This document shows, piece by piece, positions 26,175 through 35,662 of a stretch of 43,448 bases of DNA. A program made the translations under genes and the position numbers. The notes under the pieces were generated by a model. That model saw only the letters and a list, made by a program, of their open reading frames with translations. It made no database searches and was not told where the DNA came from. This stretch comes from a virus (taxonomy: Duplodnaviria; Caudoviricetes). How positions within the stretch are numbered: the stretch's first letter is position 1; each line of letters begins with the position of its first letter. Location: IMG/VR virus record IMGVR_UViG_3300029171_000016, positions 1-43,448 of that record. One strand, given 5' to 3'.

Positions 26175-28202
26175 ATGCCAATTGCTATTGATCCAGAGAC
26201 AAGGCAAAGAGTTGTATTCAGTAAACACGTTGGTGATGTAGTCTACGATGCTGATAAGAACACAACTGGCCCTGCAGTCTACAACGAGAGCGTTCCGCTA
26301 ATTGGACCATGGCAAGATTACACAGGGCAAAACCCAAGTTACAACACAGTTATCTATAATGAGACCTTTGATACTACGACTTATGACGACACCTCGAATA
26401 CTACGGCTAATGGTTGGGGAACAGGATCACTAGTTTTTTCTGGAAATCAAGTAGCCACATCACTAGTTTTACCATTACCCTCAACTAATATAGAAACAGT
26501 GACTCTCTCGCCAATAGTATCTAATGGGAGTTTCTCTTATTTCATCAACACGAGTGGCACTAATTTTAACACGGGATCTATGACGACAACACTAAGCGGA
26601 GTACCAACACATGTTGTTTGGAATATGAATGGTAATGGGAGCGGAGTTAATGGCGTTTCTGAAAATGTGTTCAATCTGAGCGGGTTTAATATTTCTTTTG
26701 TCACTGGTAAATTAAATCAAGGGGTAGAGTTTAATGGAAGTGGAAATTCATATATGGTACACGGAGGATTCGTTTCTAACTCCTCTGCACAACAAAGCTT
26801 TACTGCGTGGGTATATCCCTATGATTTCGGAACACGCAACGTTTTGTTTTCTTACAGCGGTACAATGTATCTCAATCTAGAAACCACCGGCCAAGTTAGA
26901 TTATTTATGAACTCTGTGGCTGGCCGAGAATTTATAACTCCCGGATCAATTCCATTGAATCAATGGTCTCACATCACCGCAGTTATAGGGAACCGAACCT
27001 TTAATGCCTCGAAACAGCCAACTGATGCAGCTCTATATATCAACGGATCTCTGCAGGCAGTTACTACGGCAGTCACAGGCTCGACTAGCACTACAAGTTC
27101 AAACCTCTACTTAGGAGCACTCCAATCCGGAGTATTGCCTTTCTCAGGAATAATGGACGACGTGAGATTCTATAATTTTAATCTTACCCAACCAGAGATA
27201 GACTTCATTTATAATTCAGGTTCAGGAACTGAGACGTTATTAAGCACGCCATTCTCTCAGCCCGGAATAGTTGGAGAAAAGGCTAGGAGGTTATACGGGA
27301 TGGTAGGAAATGTGCAAATAGGAACTGGAACAGATCCTGACTATTTGTTATTTGATTACACACAAAGCTTTACATTCTCTTGCTGGGTTAAGCCACTAAC
27401 TAATGTATTCTCAGGATCGATGCCCATTATGGGAAGAAACTTTCAGCAGGCAATGCACATAACTCGCAAGGGTGACAATGCCGTTAACTTTCTGTTTGGT
27501 GTGAGAGTAGGAGGGACAGCTCTTTTTGCACCACTAAAATGGGGTTATCTCAATCAATGGCACCACGTTGTTGGAGTATACGATGCAGCCAGTAGGAGAG
27601 TTTACTTGCACTTAGATGGTATCATTGACACAGTTGGAACAGACGTTTCTTCTCTTGACTTTGTACCCTCAGCAGTTTTCAGAATCGGCGATAGTGCAAT
27701 ATTAAACGGAGACATTGTCTCTCCCAATATAATCGTCGATGAAACTAGAATTTATAAGAAGGCTCTTTCCAGTGATGAGGTATCAACTCTTTGGAATAAA
27801 GGGGATGTTGTTGATGGGTTAGTTGCAAAATATTCTTATGAAGAAGAGGAATCAAATGTGATATTCGACACTAGTTCATGGAGCTTAGTTACTCCTGAGT
27901 CACCCCTTAATCTAACTCCCACGCAATCGAACATAGCATGGAAGTCTGTTGAAAGAATGGGAAATCTCGGACAGATTGATGGGATAATTACGAGCGGCAC
28001 TGGATTTGATTCTACTGCAGTATCTTCAACAGATCAGCAAATGTTTGCTTCAGTAGAAAACAGACTTCAAGGTACTGTAGCAGACATAGAAGGACACGCA
28101 AAGGTTCCAAATCTCAATGAGGTAGGTGAAAGAGCTGGAACAACTCGTCGAAGATTAAGAAGAATTTATCGTCAGATTGATTCTAATAATCAATTTTCTT
28201 AG
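26175..28202 (+). CDS. Head-module protein with two LamG/concanavalin-A-like domains
   Basis: SFTAWV..QWSHIT..LYING..FSGIMDDVRFYN and SFTFSCWVKP..QWHHVVGVYD..DETRIYKKAL. Confidence 0.85.
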   Translation: MPIAIDPETRQRVVFSKHVGDVVYDADKNTTGPAVYNESVPLIGPWQDYTGQNPSYNTVIYNETFDTTTYDDTSNTTANGWGTGSLVFSGNQVATSLVLPLPSTNIETVTLSPIVSNGSFSYFINTSGTNFNTGSMTTTLSGVPTHVVWNMNGNGSGVNGVSENVFNLSGFNISFVTGKLNQGVEFNGSGNSYMVHGGFVSNSSAQQSFTAWVYPYDFGTRNVLFSYSGTMYLNLETTGQVRLFMNSVAGREFITPGSIPLNQWSHITAVIGNRTFNASKQPTDAALYINGSLQAVTTAVTGSTSTTSSNLYLGALQSGVLPFSGIMDDVRFYNFNLTQPEIDFIYNSGSGTETLLSTPFSQPGIVGEKARRLYGMVGNVQIGTGTDPDYLLFDYTQSFTFSCWVKPLTNVFSGSMPIMGRNFQQAMHITRKGDNAVNFLFGVRVGGTALFAPLKWGYLNQWHHVVGVYDAASRRVYLHLDGIIDTVGTDVSSLDFVPSAVFRIGDSAILNGDIVSPNIIVDETRIYKKALSSDEVSTLWNKGDVVDGLVAKYSYEEEESNVIFDTSSWSLVTPESPLNLTPTQSNIAWKSVERMGNLGQIDGIITSGTGFDSTAVSSTDQQMFASVENRLQGTVADIEGHAKVPNLNEVGERAGTTRRRLRRIYRQIDSNNQFS

Positions 28203-28264
28203 GTATATACTTATGTACTTAATGTATATAAAGCGAAAACTCGTTAACTTTCTGAGGTAACTGA
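28201..28264 (+). promoter_or_regulatory. Late promoter: GTATATAC 22 bp upstream of TATA (capsid operon)
   Basis: GTATATAC 28203-28210; TAATG-TATATAAA (28225-28232); short leader with GAGGT SD. Confidence 0.75.
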
Positions 28265-29236
28265 ATGCCTAAGCAATCAAAAAAAGAGGAGAGAACGAAA
28301 TTGAATCCACAATTCTTTGAACTACAGTACAATGTACCTATTGCAGAAAGCACTGCGTTTGCTGATAAGTTCATAATCAAGGGTGTTGCAATTAATGAGA
28401 CAACCACAGGTAATAATCACAAGTTTGTCAGGGAGGAATTAAAGGCCTCTGCCGGAACACTAAAAGGTGTACCGCTTCTTGTTGACCACGATAACAGAGT
28501 AGAGTCGATTAAAGGCAGAGTTACAGAATCTGCCTACGATACAACAAATAGCAGAATAGTTTTCGAGGCAAACGTTGTCGATAAATCAATTAGAGAAATG
28601 ATCCGTGATGGTAGAATAAACTCAGTAAGTGTTGGAGCGACAGTAAAAAGTATCGAAGAGGAAGGAGACGTTCTAATCCCAAGAGGAATTACATTCAAAG
28701 AATTAAGTTTAGTTGCCGTGCCTGCAGACTCGGGTGCAACGTTTGGCTTTGCTTTGTCCGAGGCGTATAAATCTAATGTTTCACATTCATCTAAATTCGG
28801 AGAGGATGACGAAGATATTGACGATCTTCCCGTTCAAGACGAAGAGGATGAAATTGAAGAATCAAAAAATGTAAGGAGGTCTAAAATGGAAGAAAAAGAA
28901 ATTGAGAGCTTGAAAGAACAGCTAGCAATTTCTCAAAAGAAAGTAGACGAACTATCGTCCAAAGTTTCTTATTACGAAGAGAAAGAGAGAAAGGATTTAG
29001 AAAATGTTTATCTGCAGATGTGTTCTGAGAAGAAAACAAAAGCAATGGACGTTTCAAAAACTGACACTCGAACTCTTGCGCTTTTGATTGAACAATTGAA
29101 AAACATTGAAACACCAAAAGCAGTAGAAAAGAAACGCGAGGAGAAGTTCGGAGCTACTGAGTCTTTTAATGACAAGTTCAGAATTAAAGTTGAACAAGGC
29201 CCAATGGGTACAGCTTCCTTTACACATGAATGGTAG
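28265..29236 (+). CDS. Prohead protease with C-terminal scaffold-like region
   Basis: PLLVDH, SVSVG, ELSLVAVPAD (HK97-type protease); acidic linker and coiled coil. Confidence 0.9.
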   Translation: MPKQSKKEERTKLNPQFFELQYNVPIAESTAFADKFIIKGVAINETTTGNNHKFVREELKASAGTLKGVPLLVDHDNRVESIKGRVTESAYDTTNSRIVFEANVVDKSIREMIRDGRINSVSVGATVKSIEEEGDVLIPRGITFKELSLVAVPADSGATFGFALSEAYKSNVSHSSKFGEDDEDIDDLPVQDEEDEIEESKNVRRSKMEEKEIESLKEQLAISQKKVDELSSKVSYYEEKERKDLENVYLQMCSEKKTKAMDVSKTDTRTLALLIEQLKNIETPKAVEKKREEKFGATESFNDKFRIKVEQGPMGTASFTHEW

Positions 29237-29709
29237 CACTTAATCCAAACGGACTAGTTATCGTAGGTGATGGTGAAGCGCCAAGAATATTCACAGCAGC
29301 TGTAAGAAGCGATGTTCTCCCGGGAGATTTTGTTTTCGTGTCTGGGGCACTTAACACAGTATCATCTGGAGCAGACTCGTACACATCAAACGATGTTACA
29401 GTAATGCCATGCATTAATCAGCATCAGTTTAACGGAGTTGCATTGGGGTCAGTTACTTCTGGTACTAATCAGTACGTAGGAGTTTTGACAAGAGGTTACG
29501 TTATAAGCAGGGTCATAGGCTCGCTTATCGGTGGAACCTTAGTAGAATTTGTCTCTGGAACCATTCCGGGAGTAAGAAGCCTTACATCTGGAGTAGTCGC
29601 AGATATTGCAGTAGGATCTATTGCTCCTCCGGGTAAAATAATCGGAAGAGCTTGGAGTGACGCAACATCTGGGACGAACAACTATGGTCTCGTCCATGTA
29701 AGTATCTAA
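29230..29709 (+). CDS. Capsid decoration/cement-like protein
   Basis: Between protease and MCP; GVAL, IIGRA beta-tulip-like pattern. Confidence 0.7.
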   Translation: MVALNPNGLVIVGDGEAPRIFTAAVRSDVLPGDFVFVSGALNTVSSGADSYTSNDVTVMPCINQHQFNGVALGSVTSGTNQYVGVLTRGYVISRVIGSLIGGTLVEFVSGTIPGVRSLTSGVVADIAVGSIAPPGKIIGRAWSDATSGTNNYGLVHVSI

Positions 29710-30566
29710 TGGCATTCGAAAAAATCAAAGAATACATTTCTACAGGTGATGGAGTACCGGGCACATTGTTAATACCTAAATTAATAATGCCTGAGTTGAT
29801 CGCAGAGCAAGTAAAAGCTTTAATTCCAAGAGAGGTAGCCGCTAAAGTTTGGGCTCCGGCTCAAATTCAAGGCAGTACATTCACTGTCAATCTGGTAACC
29901 CAGAATACGGGGTTAGTTAGACCTGTTGGTGAAGGAGCAGAAGTTCCATTGAGCAATCTTGACTTCTCAACTGTTACGTTCAATCCGGTTAAATATGGAA
30001 TCGCCGTCAGACTTACAAGAGAAATGATGGAAGACGCCCAGTTTGATCTAATGAGAGAGAACATACAGATGGCAGGAAGGAGATTTGCTGAGAATGAGAA
30101 CAAGCTCATCTTAACAGCACTTGACGGTGGAGCGAATACTGTCGCGGGTGGTACAGCAATAACAATTGCTAACATCACACAGGCAATCTTGAACTTGCAT
30201 AATTCAGACTTTATGCCAACAGATTTACTGATTGGATATGAAGTTTTGAGTGACTTGCAAAATATTGATACCTTCGTTGAATTCCAGAAAGTAGGTAATA
30301 CTGAAATGTTGCAGAGAGGTTTCATTGGAACTATCTACGGCATGAATGTTACAGCTTTCTCTACAAACGCAGCTCCAAGCACGACTTACGCTAAATATGC
30401 GTATGTTCTTGACAGGAGTAAAGCGTACGGAATTGCAATCAAGAGAGACATCAGTATGGAACAGGTTACACTGCCAACCTACGATATGGAGGGAGCAGTT
30501 TTAACGCAAAGACTTGACGTTAAGCTTTTGAGAAGTGCAGCAGTTAGTGTGATCACTACATCATAA
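29709..30566 (+). CDS. Major capsid protein (HK97 fold)
   Basis: GTLLIP, VGEGAEVP, KYGIAVRLTREMMED, GTIYGMNV. Confidence 0.92.
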   Translation: MAFEKIKEYISTGDGVPGTLLIPKLIMPELIAEQVKALIPREVAAKVWAPAQIQGSTFTVNLVTQNTGLVRPVGEGAEVPLSNLDFSTVTFNPVKYGIAVRLTREMMEDAQFDLMRENIQMAGRRFAENENKLILTALDGGANTVAGGTAITIANITQAILNLHNSDFMPTDLLIGYEVLSDLQNIDTFVEFQKVGNTEMLQRGFIGTIYGMNVTAFSTNAAPSTTYAKYAYVLDRSKAYGIAIKRDISMEQVTLPTYDMEGAVLTQRLDVKLLRSAAVSVITTS

Positions 30567-30571
30567 AAACA

Positions 30572-30600
30572 TATTTTATTTTTTATTTTTTAATTTATTA
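30572..30600 (+). terminator. Oligo-T tract after MCP (archaeal-type terminator)
   Basis: TATTTTATTTTTTTATTTTTTAATTTATT with no preceding GC stem. Confidence 0.6.
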
Positions 30601-30631
30601 TAATCAAAAAACAAGGATAAGGAGGTAAAGA

Positions 30632-30850
30632 ATGACAACAGGAAGTACAGTAAAAGGAACAAAAACAGGAATGGTAGACGGGTTAGCCTCGCAAGGGCAG
30701 ACAGTCACGCTTGTAAATGGAAATCCCGATGGAATTATTACGGTAAATGCCGGCAGTCAATTTGCCGCAGACTATACTATTGGAAGTATTTACATGGGGT
30801 TGGCCGTCGGAGGAAGTTCATGGATTTGCTTAGGGAGTGTAGCTGCTTAA
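30632..30850 (+). CDS. Small virion protein
   Basis: AGGAGGT SD; G/S/T-rich. Confidence 0.7.
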   Translation: MTTGSTVKGTKTGMVDGLASQGQTVTLVNGNPDGIITVNAGSQFAADYTIGSIYMGLAVGGSSWICLGSVAA

Positions 30851-30851
30851 A

Positions 30852-31244
30852 ATGGTACGTGATATAAGAGTTAAGGAGTCGATTTTCAGAGTGGGAAGTC
30901 TTACAGCAGATGCTGCAGGACTGTTTGATGTTTACAGCCCAGAGGTAGTTAACGGAACTATCCAGTCAGTAACCATTGGAAGCAACACCTTTACAAACAC
31001 AGGATCACTTATTTTAATGGAATCTGGAACGGTGCCGGCAGTAGGAAATACAATAATTCAGACTAGGGCTGGAAGTATGATGCAAACAGTTTACCCAATA
31101 GTTTACGGAAACGCGAATACTGGTGGAGGAATTGGAAGCCCGCAGGCATTTGTAAGGCCGGTTATTAACGGTCAATTAAGACTAGTTGGTTCTGGTCTCG
31201 GTAATGGTACATCTGGCCTAATATATATGGTTAGATACGTATAG
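30852..31244 (+). CDS. Putative virion protein
   Basis: Beta-rich, head/neck position. Confidence 0.7.
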   Translation: MVRDIRVKESIFRVGSLTADAAGLFDVYSPEVVNGTIQSVTIGSNTFTNTGSLILMESGTVPAVGNTIIQTRAGSMMQTVYPIVYGNANTGGGIGSPQAFVRPVINGQLRLVGSGLGNGTSGLIYMVRYV

Positions 31245-31251
31245 GAGTTAC

Positions 31252-31626
31252 TTGGCAGAAAGTTTAAGCACCATTGGGAGTATTGCAACTTATTTGTACA
31301 ATTCGTTTACAAACATTCCCGGAGGACTATCAGGTACTTTCGTTCAAGTTGTAGACTTGGCTCGACAGCACGTTGCAAATTACACGGGAGATAATATTGG
31401 ATCGAACTCTATCGCTGATAAGTATCAACCGGCAATCGTAGATTTTGCCAAGGCAGACATTTTGGACTTAATCGCAGCAGACCCATCAAACGCAGGGTTA
31501 TCTCTAGCCGAGTTATCTATTACGGCTGCAGATGAAGAACTGAGTGCGGAACAGTATCGTTTACTCGGAGAAATGAAGTTAAAAATGCTAGGACAGAACA
31601 TACAATATCTTAAGTCCTTAAGCTAA
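31252..31626 (+). CDS. Head-tail adaptor-like protein
   Basis: Helical, ARQHVANYTG; synteny. Confidence 0.6.
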   Translation: MAESLSTIGSIATYLYNSFTNIPGGLSGTFVQVVDLARQHVANYTGDNIGSNSIADKYQPAIVDFAKADILDLIAADPSNAGLSLAELSITAADEELSAEQYRLLGEMKLKMLGQNIQYLKSLS

Positions 31627-31627
31627 A

Positions 31628-32056
31628 ATGGGTATCAATGATCAGTTATTTTATGGCCTTCAAACACTAATCGGAAGAGCAGGTAAGCAGATCCGTATTC
31701 GTTACTATAATGAAACAATAGGGAGTGTTTACGATGATGAACTAGTTTTAACGCCTTCAGGAAATGACGTATGGACTTCTGGGATAGTTTTGCCGATAAA
31801 CAACAGCAAAGGTACGTATGAAAATCTGTTAATTGAACAAGGTAAGATGAACCCTTGGGCACAAAGAATGTACGTTCACGGAAGCTTACTATTTGAATCA
31901 GGCGCGTTAAGAGTCAAGGTCGGCGTTGGAAGTCCAAATGAAGAGCAGTTTTCTATTGTGAGTATTGGGGGAATTACTGCCGAGACTAACAACTCAAAGA
32001 TTTACAAAAAGATGTACATTGAGCGGCTTCCGAACGGATCCTTGCTGGGAGAGTAA
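31628..32056 (+). CDS. Head closure/stopper-like protein
   Basis: Beta-rich; synteny. Confidence 0.55.
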   Translation: MGINDQLFYGLQTLIGRAGKQIRIRYYNETIGSVYDDELVLTPSGNDVWTSGIVLPINNSKGTYENLLIEQGKMNPWAQRMYVHGSLLFESGALRVKVGVGSPNEEQFSIVSIGGITAETNNSKIYKKMYIERLPNGSLLGE

Positions 32057-32419
32057 ATGGAAATTAAAGTTTTAAATCAGAAGGAAGTTGAAAAGTTCTT
32101 GGAGAATCTAAAGAAAGCAAAGCTCGAGAAGAGTAAGAAGGCGCTTTTTAATGCGGGGTTCTTCATTCAAAACGAGGTCAAGGCATCTATCGCGGGACAG
32201 AGAAGTGAACCAACAAGCGTCGACACAGGAAGGTTTCTTAACAGCGTTGACGTTAAGCAGGGGAAAACAGACGACGAAGTAATTGTCTTTACAAATATAG
32301 AGTACGCGAAGTATCTGGAATATGGAACGAGCAAGATCCAACCGCGAGCTCATTTCGGCAATACGGCAAAGAGAGTAAACAAGGAAGTAAAGAAGATAGT
32401 GGCTCAAGAAATCAAGTAG
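32057..32419 (+). CDS. HK97 gp10-like tail completion protein
   Basis: VDTGRFLNS, NIEYAKYLEYGTS, PRAHF. Confidence 0.85.
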   Translation: MEIKVLNQKEVEKFLENLKKAKLEKSKKALFNAGFFIQNEVKASIAGQRSEPTSVDTGRFLNSVDVKQGKTDDEVIVFTNIEYAKYLEYGTSKIQPRAHFGNTAKRVNKEVKKIVAQEIK

Positions 32420-32506
32420 TATATACACCTTAATTTAACATATATAAAGAGCAAATGTCTAACCCTACTAACTAACAAGCGAGTTAGTTGGAGTCCAAGC
32501 GAGGAA
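32417..32506 (+). promoter_or_regulatory. Late promoter (GTATATAC 22 bp upstream of TATA) and structured 5' leader of the tail operon
   Basis: GTATATAC 32419-32426; TAACA-TATATAAA (32441-32448); twin AAGCGA-loop hairpins. Confidence 0.75.
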
Positions 32507-32959
32507 ATGGTTGAAAGCGATACATTCATAAGTGATATTTTCTACTTTATAAAGTCAGACCTAGCTTCCAACATAACTGATCCGCTGAGCGGTTCTAGGC
32601 AAAACAATGAGAAATTTGTTATGACCTCTTATCCTCAAAGATTAGTTAATTACCCTGTAATTACGCTTAGAATAACTCAGTTAACCGCGAACAGAGCAGG
32701 AATGCAAACCAGCGCGATTGACACTGAGGTGACAATGGAGATACGCATTTGGGGTAAAAATATTTCGCAGAGAGACAAGCTGTTTCAGCAGGTAGTGAAT
32801 AGACTAAAAAACATTCAGTACCTATCGACAACAGGAAGTCAGGACAATGGACTTCATAACTTTAAGATCTTAAACTCAGTTGAGATAAATGAAGATGGCG
32901 ATGAAACGCCCAAGAGTAAATTAATTAATGTTGGTTATACCTATTATAACCCATCATGA
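32507..32959 (+). CDS. Tail terminator-like protein
   Basis: YPVITL, EIRIW; immediately before the tail tube. Confidence 0.65.
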   Translation: MVESDTFISDIFYFIKSDLASNITDPLSGSRQNNEKFVMTSYPQRLVNYPVITLRITQLTANRAGMQTSAIDTEVTMEIRIWGKNISQRDKLFQQVVNRLKNIQYLSTTGSQDNGLHNFKILNSVEINEDGDETPKSKLINVGYTYYNPS

Positions 32960-32978
32960 TGAAAGGAGGTAAAAAACA

Positions 32979-33983
32979 ATGACAAGATTTATTTCAGATC
33001 AGAACAAGGTTGCTCTCTTAATGGAATCCGGAACGTACTCGAATACTTCTGGAAACGGATATTGGCCCGGTCAGGTAATGAGTCACGATGTTGACGAGAA
33101 CGAAAACTTCTTGGAGACACGTTACTTGGGAACTGCAAATAGAAACTGGAGCGTAATGGAGCAAGGACCTAGAGATTACACTGGAACTCTTAACTACAGA
33201 GTTCAAGATTTTAGACTTTTGGCCTTCGCATTAGGTTCGGTTGGAGTAGTTTCTGGCACCAATACAACTTACTTTATCACGGAGATAAACAACGATGCAA
33301 GACAAAGCCCATGGGTTTCTGGACTGCTGAATGCGCCAGTTAGCTTCACACTTGAAGACTCAAAGGTTGCTTCAGGTACTGGAAAGAATTTCATAAGAAC
33401 TCTAAGAGGTTGTGTTCCGACAACAGTAACACTTACTGCAACTCAAAATGAGCCGGTAACATGCGAATTAGGATACGTTGCACAGCTGTGCGATTACTCC
33501 TCAGGAAATCCAACTTCAATAACTGCAACAACCAACAGACCTTATCTTTGGGCAGATACAACGATCACAATCGGAGGATCCGTTGTCCAAACAGCTAAGG
33601 AAGTTGTTTTAGAAGTCGATCAAGGAACTCAGGGACCACATTACTTGAATGGTTCAAAAGTTATCGCTGCGCCGTTTAAGGAGAATAGAAACTACACGTT
33701 AACAGTCACGTTGGATGCCGAGTCTGAGTCTATAAAGCCATTCTATGATCAGTTCTTCTTAGGAGGAAGTTCATTGAATATCACATTAGACTTTAACGCA
33801 GACAATAAGGCAGGAGTCGTTGGAAGCCAGCACGCTATCTTGATATTTAGCGGATGCAGGTTTTTCGATGTAACAACTCCAAGTCCAAACGAAGGAGTTA
33901 ACGAGCAAACACTTGTAATCAGACCACAGAGCTTTGCAGCAACTATTTACGACCGTATAGGAAGTCCTATCGGTCCGTTTTAG
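32979..33983 (+). CDS. Major tail tube protein
   Basis: AGGAGGT SD; SFTLE, two-domain beta pattern; followed by chaperone and TMP; no sheath gene. Confidence 0.8.
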   Translation: MTRFISDQNKVALLMESGTYSNTSGNGYWPGQVMSHDVDENENFLETRYLGTANRNWSVMEQGPRDYTGTLNYRVQDFRLLAFALGSVGVVSGTNTTYFITEINNDARQSPWVSGLLNAPVSFTLEDSKVASGTGKNFIRTLRGCVPTTVTLTATQNEPVTCELGYVAQLCDYSSGNPTSITATTNRPYLWADTTITIGGSVVQTAKEVVLEVDQGTQGPHYLNGSKVIAAPFKENRNYTLTVTLDAESESIKPFYDQFFLGGSSLNITLDFNADNKAGVVGSQHAILIFSGCRFFDVTTPSPNEGVNEQTLVIRPQSFAATIYDRIGSPIGPF

Positions 33984-33999
33984 TGGCAAGGAGGTGTGA

Positions 34000-34239
34000 A
34001 TGGAAAGCAAAATAATCGTGAGCGGAAAGACTTTTACAGTCAGAGAACTCTTAGCGCGAGAACTTGATGAAGCTCTTGAAACTGAGGACAAAAAAGACTC
34101 TTTGCGAAAACAAGTTAAGTTTTCAACCGGAATCAGCGATGACGAGTATGATAAATTAACTGTGAAGGAGAGGATAGCTATTGTTCGGGAGATCAACAAG
34201 TTAAACGGTGTGGAGGATTTTCAGAGCGGCTCCAATTAA
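34000..34239 (+). CDS. Tail assembly chaperone (gpG-like)
   Basis: Small acidic protein between tube and TMP. Confidence 0.75.
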   Translation: MESKIIVSGKTFTVRELLARELDEALETEDKKDSLRKQVKFSTGISDDEYDKLTVKERIAIVREINKLNGVEDFQSGSN

Positions 34240-34397
34240 AGGAAAAGAACTTAGAGAGGATGTTTATTCTCTGTGAATTCTACCATTGGAGCCCTTCCGA
34301 TTACAAGAGTATGACTGTGCGTGAGCGGGAAGCCGCTGTGAAGTACAGAAACAAAAGAATTAGAGAGATGAATCGGCAAAACAGGAGAAAAAGATAA
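34218..34397 (+). CDS. Tail assembly chaperone -1 frameshift extension (gpGT-like; not in track)
   Basis: -1 frame open from slippery G-GAT-TTT (34215-34221) to TAA 34395-34397; encodes FYHWSPSDYKSMTVRER. Confidence 0.75.
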   Translation, partial: FSERLQLKEKNLERMFILCEFYHWSPSDYKSMTVREREAAVKYRNKRIREMNRQNRRKR

Positions 34398-35662
34398 TGG
34401 CGGACGAAGAAATACAGATATTAATTAGTGCACAAGACGAGATGAGTGCTACCTTAAAAAGGATAGAAGGAAATCTCGATGACTTTGGCAAGGCTACAAA
34501 AAAACAAACTCAACTGACGACCGACGCCTTTAAGTCACAAATAACAACTTTAGTCTCTCTTGGAAATATTGCGTCATCAGTTGATAATATATTTAGCTCG
34601 TACACAAACTTACAACTTAGACTAGAAAACGCTACGGAGAGAGTTACCGGAGCACAGGAAAGATTAAGGGTTGCGCAAGAGAGGTTAACGGATGCACAAA
34701 AAGAAAGCCAGAGAACAGCTTTGTCATTGGAAAAATTATCAGTTCAGGAAGAGAGAAGCAAGAAACGCCTCCAAGAACTTAACAATCACTTAGCTTTCTT
34801 AATTAGAAACAAAGTTAATCCGGCGTCGGAGAAGTATAAAAATACGCTAGCCGAGATCCAAGATGAAGAGTTCAACCTTCGAGATATTCAGTTAACGAGA
34901 ACTGAATTGGTAGAAAAACAGAGCAAGAAAGTAGTCGACGCTCAGAGAGAAGTAGAGTCAGCTACGAGAGGAGTTACAATTGCAGAGAATAATCTCGCGC
35001 GCGCGAATAACCAAGTTATTGGGACTTACATCAACATGGCGACGCAGTCATTAAGTGTTGTCGCCTCGTCAGCAACACTCATCTCAACATTAAGCGGACC
35101 TGCAGGTCTAACAGCCGCATTTGGAGGATTGGGAGGGGCAGTAGGTCTTGGAGGTTTAGCTGCAACGGCTGGAGTCACCGGCGGGTTGGTGGGTTTATTA
35201 TTTGTCATGAGTAAATTAACAACAGAAGATCACCCTGCTTTTATTGACGCACTTGATGAGCAAATTGCTAAACTTAAGGAACTAAAGCAAAACGCTATCG
35301 ATCCAGTCACACAGAAATTTGCTGAGCTAATCGAACAGGAAAAACAGATAGCAAGAATTCACGCAAAATACGGAGTTAAAGGAACAATAAGCACGCCACC
35401 GCCAGCCGCCCCATCATCGAGCTTCCCGATAATTCCGCCGAATATTCCAATAACGACTCCCGGTGTTAATGACGCGGTGATAAAACCAGACGGACAGATT
35501 ATCAGAACGCATCCAGATGATTGGTTATTTGCAACTAAAAATCCTCAATCAATGATGGGTGGAGGGATGACAATTATAATCTCAGGAGATAATTACGGAA
35601 CAGATCCAAACCAGATTGCAGAAGCATTATTTAAGAAACTAAGGAGGAAGATAGCAGTATGA
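34397..35662 (+). CDS. Tail tape measure protein (short, 421 aa)
   Basis: ILISAQDEMSATL N-terminus, long coiled coil, Gly/Ala-rich hydrophobic segment. Confidence 0.82.
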   Translation: MADEEIQILISAQDEMSATLKRIEGNLDDFGKATKKQTQLTTDAFKSQITTLVSLGNIASSVDNIFSSYTNLQLRLENATERVTGAQERLRVAQERLTDAQKESQRTALSLEKLSVQEERSKKRLQELNNHLAFLIRNKVNPASEKYKNTLAEIQDEEFNLRDIQLTRTELVEKQSKKVVDAQREVESATRGVTIAENNLARANNQVIGTYINMATQSLSVVASSATLISTLSGPAGLTAAFGGLGGAVGLGGLAATAGVTGGLVGLLFVMSKLTTEDHPAFIDALDEQIAKLKELKQNAIDPVTQKFAELIEQEKQIARIHAKYGVKGTISTPPPAAPSSSFPIIPPNIPITTPGVNDAVIKPDGQIIRTHPDDWLFATKNPQSMMGGGMTIIISGDNYGTDPNQIAEALFKKLRRKIAV

